Assembly: GCA_037619625.1 (NCBI GenBank)
Contig: JASJMK010000049.1
Span: forward strand, 6,995-70,994
Direction of reading: 5' to 3'
From: Actinomycetes bacterium
Lineage (GTDB): Bacteria > Actinomycetota > Actinomycetes > S36-B12 > UBA5976
DNA length: 64,000 bases
The translations under genes and the position numbers were made by a program. The notes beneath the pieces are model-generated. The model saw nothing but the letters and a program-made list of their open reading frames with translations, did no database searches and was not told the DNA's origin. This document shows positions 56,576 to 64,000 of this stretch, one piece after another (position 1 is the first letter of the stretch; each line of letters opens with the position of its first letter).

Positions 56576-57196
56576 CTAATTTGGAATTACTGGCTGCAAT
56601 CCCTCAGCAAGCGCGCGGGCGTTTAAGTCACCACAGCGAACTAACCATTCAGCTAACATTTTGTGGCCACCTTGCGTTAGCACTGACTCAGGATGAAATT
56701 GCACGCCTTCGATATCTAATTCGCGATGGCGAAGAGACATCACAACACCAGTATCTGTTTCGCTGGTAATCTCAAGCACCTCTGGCACCGTTTCGCGCTC
56801 AACTGCAAGTGAGTGGTAGCGAGTTGCAATAAAAGGTGAAGGCAGGTGCGCTAATACCCCTTGATTATGGTGAAACACTTGCGAAGTTTTTCCGTGAAGT
56901 AATTCAGGTGCTTGTGAAACAGTTGCGCCGAATACTTCCGCAATCACTTGATGACCTAAGCACACTCCAAAAATAGGAACAACGCCGCCAAGATCCCTCA
57001 CTATGTCGTTGCAAATACCAGCATCAGTCGGTGTGCCGGGACCCGGCGAAAGCAATACGCCATCGTATTCTCGGGCCTGCTCAACGCTTACTTCATCGTT
57101 GCGCTTAACATCAACCTTTGCACCAAGTTGCGCCAAGTACTGAACGATATTGAAAACAAAACTGTCGTAATTATCAATAACTAGAATGCGTGTCAC
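56576..57196 (-). CDS. trpG: Glutamine amidotransferase subunit of anthranilate/aminodeoxychorismate synthase
   Basis: Class I GATase with GVCLGHQ and HPES. Confidence 0.93.
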   Translation of the reverse strand: MTRILVIDNYDSFVFNIVQYLAQLGAKVDVKRNDEVSVEQAREYDGVLLSPGPGTPTDAGICNDIVRDLGGVVPIFGVCLGHQVIAEVFGATVSQAPELLHGKTSQVFHHNQGVLAHLPSPFIATRYHSLAVERETVPEVLEITSETDTGVVMSLRHRELDIEGVQFHPESVLTQGGHKMLAEWLVRCGDLNARALAEGLQPVIPN

Positions 57197-57227
57197 AAAA
57201 ACTAGTCTAGATGAGTTTTAGCAAACG

Positions 57228-59048
57228 CTAGGGCGCTGGCGTAGTAGTCGAAGTAGGCGTTGCCGTTGCAGTCGCAGTTGCCGTCGGAGTCGGAGTTGGA
57301 GTGGGAGTTGGAGTTGGCACAACAACAGGACAAGTCTGGTTAGCCGGAACTGTAGTTCCGTTAGGACAAATTATTAACCCTGGAGCACCTGCAATCGTAA
57401 TACTTACTGTGGTTCCCTCCAGCGTTAACTCGTTGGCTGCTGGTGTTTGGGAAAGTACAGTCCCAGGCGCCACCGCCGTATTTTCCTGAACGAGAACTTG
57501 AACCAAGAACCCAGCATTAAGTAAGGCGTTCGTGGCGTCAGTCTCACTTAAGCCCACAACGTTTGGCACTGGAGCTTTACCATTTGATACCGAAATACTT
57601 ACTAAAGTTCCAATTTCAACAGTTGTGTTAGCTGCTATGTCTTGGTCCAAGACGGTACCGGAAGGTTTATCACTTTCTATTGGGGTAACGCGACCCAAAA
57701 CTAGCTGGGCTTTCTCCAGTTCGAGTTTGGCAGCCTCAATAGAAATCAGTCCAACTAAATCTGGAACTCCAGTTTGATCTTTACCAGCTGACACAATAAC
57801 GTTCACAGCTTGTCCAGTTTCTAGTAATTCTCCCGATGCTGGATCTTGCCCAATTATTTCGCCCTTTGGCACATTGTTATCTGCTTGCGGGGTCTGTTCT
57901 CCAAGAATTAAGCCCACACTTGCTAGTGCAGCGCTCGCTTCCTCAACTGTCTTAGCTTTGAGGTTAGGAACTGTAACGGTACTTGTACCTGCAGGAAAAA
58001 GTTTGTCACCGATGAAAAATAGTAAAGCAGCCGCGACAATGGTGGCCAGAGTAATTGCTACCCATTTAATTCCACCGTTATTAGTTTTTGGTTTAGCGGC
58101 AATGTGAACCCCACCTGATTTAAATATCGGAAGTGCGGTTGTTGCATAGTCAGCTGGATCTTGGTTCAAAGTTAGTGGCGCACGAGCTGCAATTGGCATG
58201 CCTGCAATCGCACGCTCTACATCAGAGCGCATATCAGCAGCACTTTGATATCTCGCATTTGGATCTTTAGCTAACGCAGATAATGAAATCGCATCCAGAG
58301 TGGATGGAATTGATGGATCGATTGACGAAGGAGCCTTAGCTGGTTCATTAACGTGTTGGTAGGCAATTGAAACTGGTGAGTCACCATTAAATGGTGGCTT
58401 GCCAACTAGAAGTTCATAAAGCACACAACCAGTGGAGTAGATATCGCTTCGGGCATCTACAACTTCACCACGCGCCTGCTCAGGTGAAAGATATTGCGCA
58501 GTTCCCATAACAGCACTTGTGGCAGTAACTGATGTTGCTGCATCGCTCATAGCTCGAGCAATTCCAAAGTCCATTACTTTTGCATCACCAAAGGCGTTGA
58601 TCATAATGTTGGCAGGCTTTATGTCTCGATGAACTATGCCGTGGCGATGCGAGTAATCTAACGCAGCCAGAACTCCGGCCATCACTTCAAGTGCGCGCTC
58701 AGGCAAAATCCGTGGACCATTAGTTAGCATTTGACGTAAAGTGACGCCATCAACAAATTCCATAACGATGTAAGGAACACTTACTTGACTCGCGCCATCT
58801 TCAATTAGATCTTCACCAGTATCGTAAATTGCAACGATGTTTGGGTGGTTAAGTCCCGCAGCAGACTGCGCCTCTCGGCGAAAGCGTTCTTGAAAAAGGG
58901 GATCGCGAGCTAAATCAGGACGCAGTACCTTAATTGCAACTTTTCTATTTAGCCGGCGATCTGTACCTTCGTAAACTTCGGCCATTCCGCCTCGACCGAT
59001 TACTTGGCCAACGGTGTATCGATCACCGAGTTGGGTGAAGGTGCTCAC
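57228..59048 (-). CDS. pknB: Ser/Thr protein kinase PknB with extracellular PASTA repeats
   Basis: Intact motifs: GRGGMAEV, VAIKVL, HRDIKPANIM, DFGIA and SPEQ. There is one TM helix and three PASTA-like repeats. The C-terminal tail contains two Cys and a PT/AT repeat. Confidence 0.95.
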   Translation of the reverse strand: MSTFTQLGDRYTVGQVIGRGGMAEVYEGTDRRLNRKVAIKVLRPDLARDPLFQERFRREAQSAAGLNHPNIVAIYDTGEDLIEDGASQVSVPYIVMEFVDGVTLRQMLTNGPRILPERALEVMAGVLAALDYSHRHGIVHRDIKPANIMINAFGDAKVMDFGIARAMSDAATSVTATSAVMGTAQYLSPEQARGEVVDARSDIYSTGCVLYELLVGKPPFNGDSPVSIAYQHVNEPAKAPSSIDPSIPSTLDAISLSALAKDPNARYQSAADMRSDVERAIAGMPIAARAPLTLNQDPADYATTALPIFKSGGVHIAAKPKTNNGGIKWVAITLATIVAAALLFFIGDKLFPAGTSTVTVPNLKAKTVEEASAALASVGLILGEQTPQADNNVPKGEIIGQDPASGELLETGQAVNVIVSAGKDQTGVPDLVGLISIEAAKLELEKAQLVLGRVTPIESDKPSGTVLDQDIAANTTVEIGTLVSISVSNGKAPVPNVVGLSETDATNALLNAGFLVQVLVQENTAVAPGTVLSQTPAANELTLEGTTVSITIAGAPGLIICPNGTTVPANQTCPVVVPTPTPTPTPTPTATATATATPTSTTTPAP

Positions 59049-59097
59049 TTAAGATCTCCTGTACTTGTTTCGAATCGCATTACACATCTATTCTTGC

Positions 59098-60546
59098 CTA
59101 TTGTTTTAACACCGCGCGCATCACGGCAGCAGCAATTGGCGCTGCTAGCGCATTACCGCTGACTTCCGCTGCGCCACCGCCGTTTTGCAGCACAACTGCT
59201 ACGGCAATTTTGGCGCTATCAGCGGAGGCGAAGCCAACATACCAAGCATGTGCTGGATCACCTGGTACATTTTCTGCCGTTCCAGTTTTACCGCCAACAG
59301 CTAGTCCAGAAATTCGAGCTTTAGAGGCAGTTCCATTTTGGACCACGCCAACCATCATATCTCGCAATATTTTTGCATTCTCAGATTTCATTGCTCTACC
59401 AAATGCAACTGGGCTGGTGTTTTGAAGCACAGTTAAATCGGGGCCAAGTAATTGGCTGACTAAGTATGGCTTCATGACGACGCCATCATTGGCAATACCT
59501 GCAGCAACAAGCGCCATTTGTAGCGCACTTGCTCGAACATCAAATTGGCCAATTGCACTCATAGCAGTTTGTGGTTGATTTGGCTCCACTGGAAAGCGAC
59601 TTATTGCTGCGGACATTGGAACATCAAATTGTGACTCAAAGCCAAACTTTTTCGCTTGATCGCCAATAGCGGTAGCACCAAGCTCCATTCCCAACCAGGC
59701 AAATGCGGTATTACAGGAAATTTCTAAAGCTTGCTGCAATGTGATTATGTCGTCAGCGCCACAAGATTTGTCATTCCAATTACCCAGTTGCACATCGGTG
59801 CCTGGCAAATTTATTTCTTTAGGTCCAGGTAGCTGTGATGTTGCGTTATAAAGTCCAGATTCTAAAGCGGCTGCTGCAGTAACTAATTTGAATGTTGAGC
59901 CTGGTGGCAAAGTCATAGCTAGCGAACGATTAAGCATTGGTTGCTCAGGGTCAGCATTTAGTTCTTCATAGCTCTTTTGAATTTCCGCAGCATCATGATT
60001 CGAAAGCAAATTTGGATCAAAAGATGGTGAACTTGCGAGAGCTAAAATTGCTCCAGTGGTTGGATCAATGGCTACCACTGCGCCAGTTCGCCCATTCAAG
60101 GCTTTCATTGCAGCGCTTTGCGCTGCGGGATCAATAGTTAATCTAACAGCGCCACCCTTTGGTTCCCGATTAGCAAAAAGTTGTTGTAGCCGATCAACAA
60201 AGAAGCGGCTGTCGTTTCCAGCTAAAACATCATTTGCCTCGGACTCAATTCCGGTTGCCCCATATAGAACTGAATAAAAACCTGTGATTGGGGCAAAAAT
60301 ATTATCGTCTGGATAAGTCCTCAGGTACTTTAAGGCATCAAGTGTTGGAGTGGATTCAGCGATTGATTGTGAACCTAGCAAAATCGGACCACGTTCGCGC
60401 GAGTACTCAGTCAAGGTAACGCGTTGATTTCCAGACTGCCCACGCAAATCTTGCGCATTAAAAACCTGAATGTAGGAAACGTTAATTATTAAGGCTAATA
60501 GCAAAAAGATTATTGCTGCCGTAACGCGATTTATTTGTCTAATCAT
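59098..60546 (-). CDS. pbpA: Class B penicillin-binding protein (PbpA)
   Basis: STFK, SCN and KTGTA motifs. Confidence 0.93.
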   Translation of the reverse strand: MIRQINRVTAAIIFLLLALIINVSYIQVFNAQDLRGQSGNQRVTLTEYSRERGPILLGSQSIAESTPTLDALKYLRTYPDDNIFAPITGFYSVLYGATGIESEANDVLAGNDSRFFVDRLQQLFANREPKGGAVRLTIDPAAQSAAMKALNGRTGAVVAIDPTTGAILALASSPSFDPNLLSNHDAAEIQKSYEELNADPEQPMLNRSLAMTLPPGSTFKLVTAAAALESGLYNATSQLPGPKEINLPGTDVQLGNWNDKSCGADDIITLQQALEISCNTAFAWLGMELGATAIGDQAKKFGFESQFDVPMSAAISRFPVEPNQPQTAMSAIGQFDVRASALQMALVAAGIANDGVVMKPYLVSQLLGPDLTVLQNTSPVAFGRAMKSENAKILRDMMVGVVQNGTASKARISGLAVGGKTGTAENVPGDPAHAWYVGFASADSAKIAVAVVLQNGGGAAEVSGNALAAPIAAAVMRAVLKQ

Positions 60547-61928
60547 TTAGTTTCGCCATTCTTGCGCAATACCAGTTGGGCATCGGCAATTTCTGGCGAA
60601 CGAGCCGCATTAGAAATTCGAATCAGGATCCCAATGATTATGTAGTTAGCAACTAGCGATGACCCGCCGTACGACAAAAATGGTGTTGTTAAACCTGTTA
60701 GCGGAACAAGTCGAGTCACGCCGCCGATAACAATAAAAGTTTGTAGTCCAATAACGGTAGTTAGCCCAATGGCAAATAGGTTGCCAAACGGATCACGCGT
60801 TGCAACAGCAGCGCGGGCACCACGCTCAACAAGTATCGCAAAGAGTAACAAAATCGCAATAAGCCCCATTAGCCCGAGTTCTTCTCCCAGAGCTGAAGTT
60901 ATAAAGTCAGTTTTTGCAAAAGGTACAAGTTGTGGATATCCCTGACCCCAACCTGTCCCGAAAATTCCACCATTTGCCAGGCCATAAAGTGATTGAACGA
61001 TTTGATATCCATTACCGTTGGCATCATCAAATGGTCTTAGCCAGACATCAAATCGAATCTGAACGTGGCCAAATAGTCGATACGCTAAAGCGCCACCAAT
61101 AGCTAAAAGTAAGGCACCGATTGCAACCCAAGACCTGCGACCGGTAGCAACATAAAGCATCACGGTGAATAAGCCAAAGAGTAATAGCGAAGTACCTAGA
61201 TCACGTTCCAAAATCAAAACTAATAACGCTACTAACCAAACTAGAAAAAGCGGTCCAACATCTTTTCCACGTGGGATCCCAATACCGAAAAACTTTTTAT
61301 GAACCAGTGCAAGTGAGTGACGACGGCCTACCAAGAAACCAGCGAAAAAGATGGTGAGTGCGACTTTTGCTAATTCACCAGGCTGAAAAGTTAAGCCAAA
61401 CAAACTGATCCAAAGTTGCGCACCATTAACTTCGTTGCCAATGACTGGCAGCAAGGGAAGAAACAACAACACAATTCCAGCCAACCCAGCAGTAAAAGTA
61501 AATCGCTGCAGCCTTCTGTGGTCACCAACAAATGTCAGCACAACTATGAAGGCAATTAATCCAACTAACATCCAAGTCAATTGCAGGTAGACATCTGGTG
61601 TTGGGGGTGGACTGCCATTACTTGCCGCACGTTGCGCTGCTGCTGCATCGAGTCGGTGAATCATGGCCAGACCCAGCATGTTTAATGCGGCAACAGTAGG
61701 AAGTAGTAACGGATCGGCATATGGAGCTTGCCACCGAACAACGCCATGGGTAACGAGTAGTAAGACGCCAGCGCTAAGTAGCGAAGTCCAACCACCTAAG
61801 GAAGCCGCGTCTGTTGATGCATCTACCAAAATCCAGGCAAAGACCCCAATTAACCAGGCACCAATTAATAATGCAAGTTCTGCCGAGCGACGAGTTGAAA
61901 CGCGATAGCGAATCAAGTTTGTACTCAC
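60543..61928 (-). CDS. rodA: FtsW/RodA/SpoVE-family peptidoglycan polymerase
   Basis: Polytopic SEDS protein. I prefer the GTG at 61928, which forms a GTGA overlap with the pstP stop. The ORF-track ATG at 61973 would overlap pstP by 49 nt. Confidence 0.92.
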   Translation of the reverse strand: MSTNLIRYRVSTRRSAELALLIGAWLIGVFAWILVDASTDAASLGGWTSLLSAGVLLLVTHGVVRWQAPYADPLLLPTVAALNMLGLAMIHRLDAAAAQRAASNGSPPPTPDVYLQLTWMLVGLIAFIVVLTFVGDHRRLQRFTFTAGLAGIVLLFLPLLPVIGNEVNGAQLWISLFGLTFQPGELAKVALTIFFAGFLVGRRHSLALVHKKFFGIGIPRGKDVGPLFLVWLVALLVLILERDLGTSLLLFGLFTVMLYVATGRRSWVAIGALLLAIGGALAYRLFGHVQIRFDVWLRPFDDANGNGYQIVQSLYGLANGGIFGTGWGQGYPQLVPFAKTDFITSALGEELGLMGLIAILLLFAILVERGARAAVATRDPFGNLFAIGLTTVIGLQTFIVIGGVTRLVPLTGLTTPFLSYGGSSLVANYIIIGILIRISNAARSPEIADAQLVLRKNGETK

Positions 61929-63124
61929 GGAGTAACCTGCGGGCAACCAGGCGAACTTGGAAGCAGGACACATAAGTCTGCACTTTTTTGCAACCTAGCC
62001 ACAGCTGCTTGCGCATCTTCTAAATTCGCAGATTCAAAAGTTTGGTAAACCTGATCATATTCAAATTTTGGAAGTTGGGAAACTGACAAAGTAGAAACTT
62101 CGACAAGTCGATACATTCCACCAGCAGGAACGCCTTGAAAGATTGCAACAACTTTGTTCTGGGTATAAACGCCAACAAACCATTGATTTGAAAGCCACCA
62201 CAAAGCTGCTGCAATAGTCATGGTGATGACGCCCAGAGTCGCAAAAACTGGAACAAGCCATCGCCCACTTGGGTTTGGCGAAAGTTGAAGTAACGAATTT
62301 TTGGGCGAATCAGTCTCTTCGGGAAAATCCACTGCTGGCAATCTAGATTGGTTACTTTCATCAGCAGCAGATCCGATTAAGACTGGATCAACTTCGATGC
62401 TGTCATTCACCACGTCAGCAACTACGACCGTGATGTTGTCTGGCGCACCTGCCGACATCGCCGCGTCAATGAGCAGCGTGACTGCGTTAGTTAAATCAGT
62501 TACCGAAAGACACTTTGCAATAGTTGCGGAATCAATAACTCCACATAAGCCATCACTGCAAAGCAGGTATCGATCGCCTTCTCGAGTTTCGCGAACTGAC
62601 AAATCAACTTCGACAGCGTGGATGCCATCAATAGCTCGCATCATCAAGTTTCGTTTGGGGTGTACCGCAGCCTGCTCCGGAGTAATTTCGCCAGCATCCA
62701 CCAAGGTCTGGACAAACGTGTGATCCTTTGTCATTTGCTGCAGTTCATTTGCGCGGAATATATAAGCGCGCGAATCGCCTACGTGCGCCATAGCAATTCG
62801 ATCTTCGCGTAGTGCAACCACTGTCATAGTGGTTCCCATTCCTGCAAGATCCCGGTTTGCAGCAACTACATCGGCAATGTATTCACCAGAAGTGATCACG
62901 GCTTCAGCGAGTTGCGTCAAAACTTCGTCTGCGCCAGAAGATGTGGCAGCAGCAGAAACTATTGCGGCAATCGTAGCTGCGCTAGCAAGTTCCCCAGCTT
63001 CATGACCGCCCATGCCATCGGCTACCACCAATAAATCAGTAGCTGCATAACCTGCATCTTCGTTATTGCGGCGCACTCGCCCAATTTCTGAACGCGCAGC
63101 AAAGCGCAGACTCAAACCACTCAT
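61925..63124 (-). CDS. pstP: PP2C-family Ser/Thr phosphatase PstP
   Basis: RRNNEDA, ADGMGGH and DNITVVV, with a C-terminal TM helix and an extracellular tail. Confidence 0.93.
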   Translation of the reverse strand: MSGLSLRFAARSEIGRVRRNNEDAGYAATDLLVVADGMGGHEAGELASAATIAAIVSAAATSSGADEVLTQLAEAVITSGEYIADVVAANRDLAGMGTTMTVVALREDRIAMAHVGDSRAYIFRANELQQMTKDHTFVQTLVDAGEITPEQAAVHPKRNLMMRAIDGIHAVEVDLSVRETREGDRYLLCSDGLCGVIDSATIAKCLSVTDLTNAVTLLIDAAMSAGAPDNITVVVADVVNDSIEVDPVLIGSAADESNQSRLPAVDFPEETDSPKNSLLQLSPNPSGRWLVPVFATLGVITMTIAAALWWLSNQWFVGVYTQNKVVAIFQGVPAGGMYRLVEVSTLSVSQLPKFEYDQVYQTFESANLEDAQAAVARLQKSADLCVLLPSSPGCPQVTP

Positions 63125-63591
63125 GAGCTCAATTCCATACTTGTTCGACCAATTCGTAATTGAGTTCCAGGACGCAACACCGTGGGTGCCGAAATCCTAG
63201 TGCGATCTATCCAAGTTCCATTTGTTGAGCCCAAATCTTCAACAATCCAATGATTTCCATTTGGAGTTAATTGGGCATGGCGAGTACTTACAAAATCATC
63301 ATCTAATACGACAGTGGAATCAGGAGCTCGCCCAATCAAAATCGGTGAAGTACCAAGTGGTAACACTGTCCCAGTTAATGCACCTTCAACAATCACAAGT
63401 TTGGTAGAAGTTTTTCTAGAACGAAGAGTAGGCCGTTGACTCGGTTGTTTGGATGAGCGTGCTGGAGTTAGTGGCTTGGCATCACGAGGTGCTTGAAGAT
63501 CTCGCCGAAGCACTGAGACAACCGTTAGCACAAACCACCAAAGTGCTAAAAGAAAACCAATTCGTAAAATACTGAGCAATAGTTCGGACAT
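63121..63591 (-). CDS. fhaB: FHA-domain protein FhaB/FipA
   Basis: An N-terminal TM helix and a C-terminal FHA domain (IGRAPDSTVVLDDDFVSTRHA...STNGT). Confidence 0.9.
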   Translation of the reverse strand: MSELLLSILRIGFLLALWWFVLTVVSVLRRDLQAPRDAKPLTPARSSKQPSQRPTLRSRKTSTKLVIVEGALTGTVLPLGTSPILIGRAPDSTVVLDDDFVSTRHAQLTPNGNHWIVEDLGSTNGTWIDRTRISAPTVLRPGTQLRIGRTSMELSS

Positions 63592-63597
63592 AATTTT

Positions 63598-63996
63598 TCA
63601 CTGACTCTTGTATGTCAAAGTTATGTTTCCAATTTTAATTATTGAGCCATCATGCACGACTGTTTCAGTTGCGCGAACACCATCTACCAAAGTGCCATTG
63701 GTGGAACCTAAATCACGAACGAGAACATCCGACCCTAAAACGATTGCGCAATGGAGCCTGCTGACACTTGAATCATCAATTTGTATGTCAGCCTCAGCTC
63801 CACGACCTACATTTGAAACAGATTTGGTTATTTTAAATTCTTGTCCAGTAATGGAAACCAAGTAAGGACTCGAAGCTGCGGCAAAGCTTGACAGGGGAAC
63901 TTGTGGCGTCAGATCAGGATCAATCGCGCTCGCGCTCGGGGCATCAGATGATTTTGCGGCTGCCGTACTGCGAATTCGAAATACTCCAGTTTCCAA
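63598..63996 (-). CDS. fhaA: FHA-domain protein (FhaA position); may be N-terminally incomplete at the window edge
   Basis: C-terminal FHA domain (VGRGAEADIQIDDSSVSRLHC...STNGT). An ATG lies at 63996, but only 4 nt remain upstream, so a longer protein with a DUF3662-type N-domain cannot be excluded. Confidence 0.75.
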   Translation of the reverse strand: METGVFRIRSTAAAKSSDAPSASAIDPDLTPQVPLSSFAAASSPYLVSITGQEFKITKSVSNVGRGAEADIQIDDSSVSRLHCAIVLGSDVLVRDLGSTNGTLVDGVRATETVVHDGSIIKIGNITLTYKSQ

Positions 63997-64000
63997 AACT

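Noticed and set aside
57240-57320. A short-period nucleotide repeat (GTTGGAGTNGGAGTT... / GCAGTCGCAGTTGCC).
   Set aside because: It is the coding sequence for the PT/AT low-complexity tail of PknB. It is not an independent repeat element or a CRISPR-like array.
1-64000. I searched for a novel accessory or defence system, mobile elements, prophage, CRISPR arrays and toxin-antitoxin pairs.
   Set aside because: Almost every ORF of meaningful length has a recognisable housekeeping or conserved-actinobacterial identity (the 238-1035 ORF being the main exception), in conserved ori-region synteny. I saw no transposase, integrase or recombinase genes, no direct-repeat/spacer arrays and no atypical-composition island. 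Claiming a new system here would be unsupported.

Overview
This window is the chromosomal replication-origin neighbourhood of an actinobacterium with a compact, fairly AT-rich genome. GC looks roughly 45-50% by eye and was not computed. Gene content and order match the conserved Actinomycetota ori region. The streamlined style resembles freshwater acI/Nanopelagicales-type genomes, but that is inference only.

Minus strand, left of the origin:
- dnaA-dnaN-recF-dciA(DUF721)-gyrB-gyrA-DUF3566-tRNA-Ile-(DLW-39 small ORF)-tRNA-Ala, then dnaB.
- An aminotransferase/PP2C block follows.
- Further left is a block resembling M. tuberculosis Rv3667-Rv3682: acs, marP, nudix, nth, crp, ridA, whiB, ponA.

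Plus strand, diverging from dnaA:
- rpmH-rnpA-yidD-yidC-jag-rsmG-parA-parB with three parS sites.
- Then cwlM-trxA-trxB-pseudokinase-murJ-DUF6049 / cca, an MFS gene, ino1-padR, DUF5318-ponA1, racemase-like + FemAB, and nfo.
- Then rpsF-ssb-rpsR-rplI, ppiA, rhomboid, crgA, DUF881 and trpG.
- Last is the fhaA-fhaB-pstP-rodA-pbpA-pknB operon.

Coding density is very high, with many 1-4 nt gene overlaps.

I found no transposases, integrases, phage blocks, CRISPR arrays, toxin-antitoxin pairs or defence-type gene clusters. I cannot honestly claim a novel multi-gene system here.

The signals most worth a second look are non-coding or very small:
- DnaA-box clusters outside oriC, in front of dnaB and at the crgA/DUF881 junction. 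The dnaB cluster shares a 15-nt extended motif with the dnaA promoter boxes.
- A 31-bp tandem repeat that duplicates the 3' end of ino1.
- A perfect CRP-type palindrome between convergent parB and cwlM.
- A perfect 21-bp palindrome upstream of padR.
- An RBS-sequestering leader in front of rpsF.
- Three small genes missing from the ORF track: rpmH, a DLW-39-like ORF and a DUF4177-like ORF.
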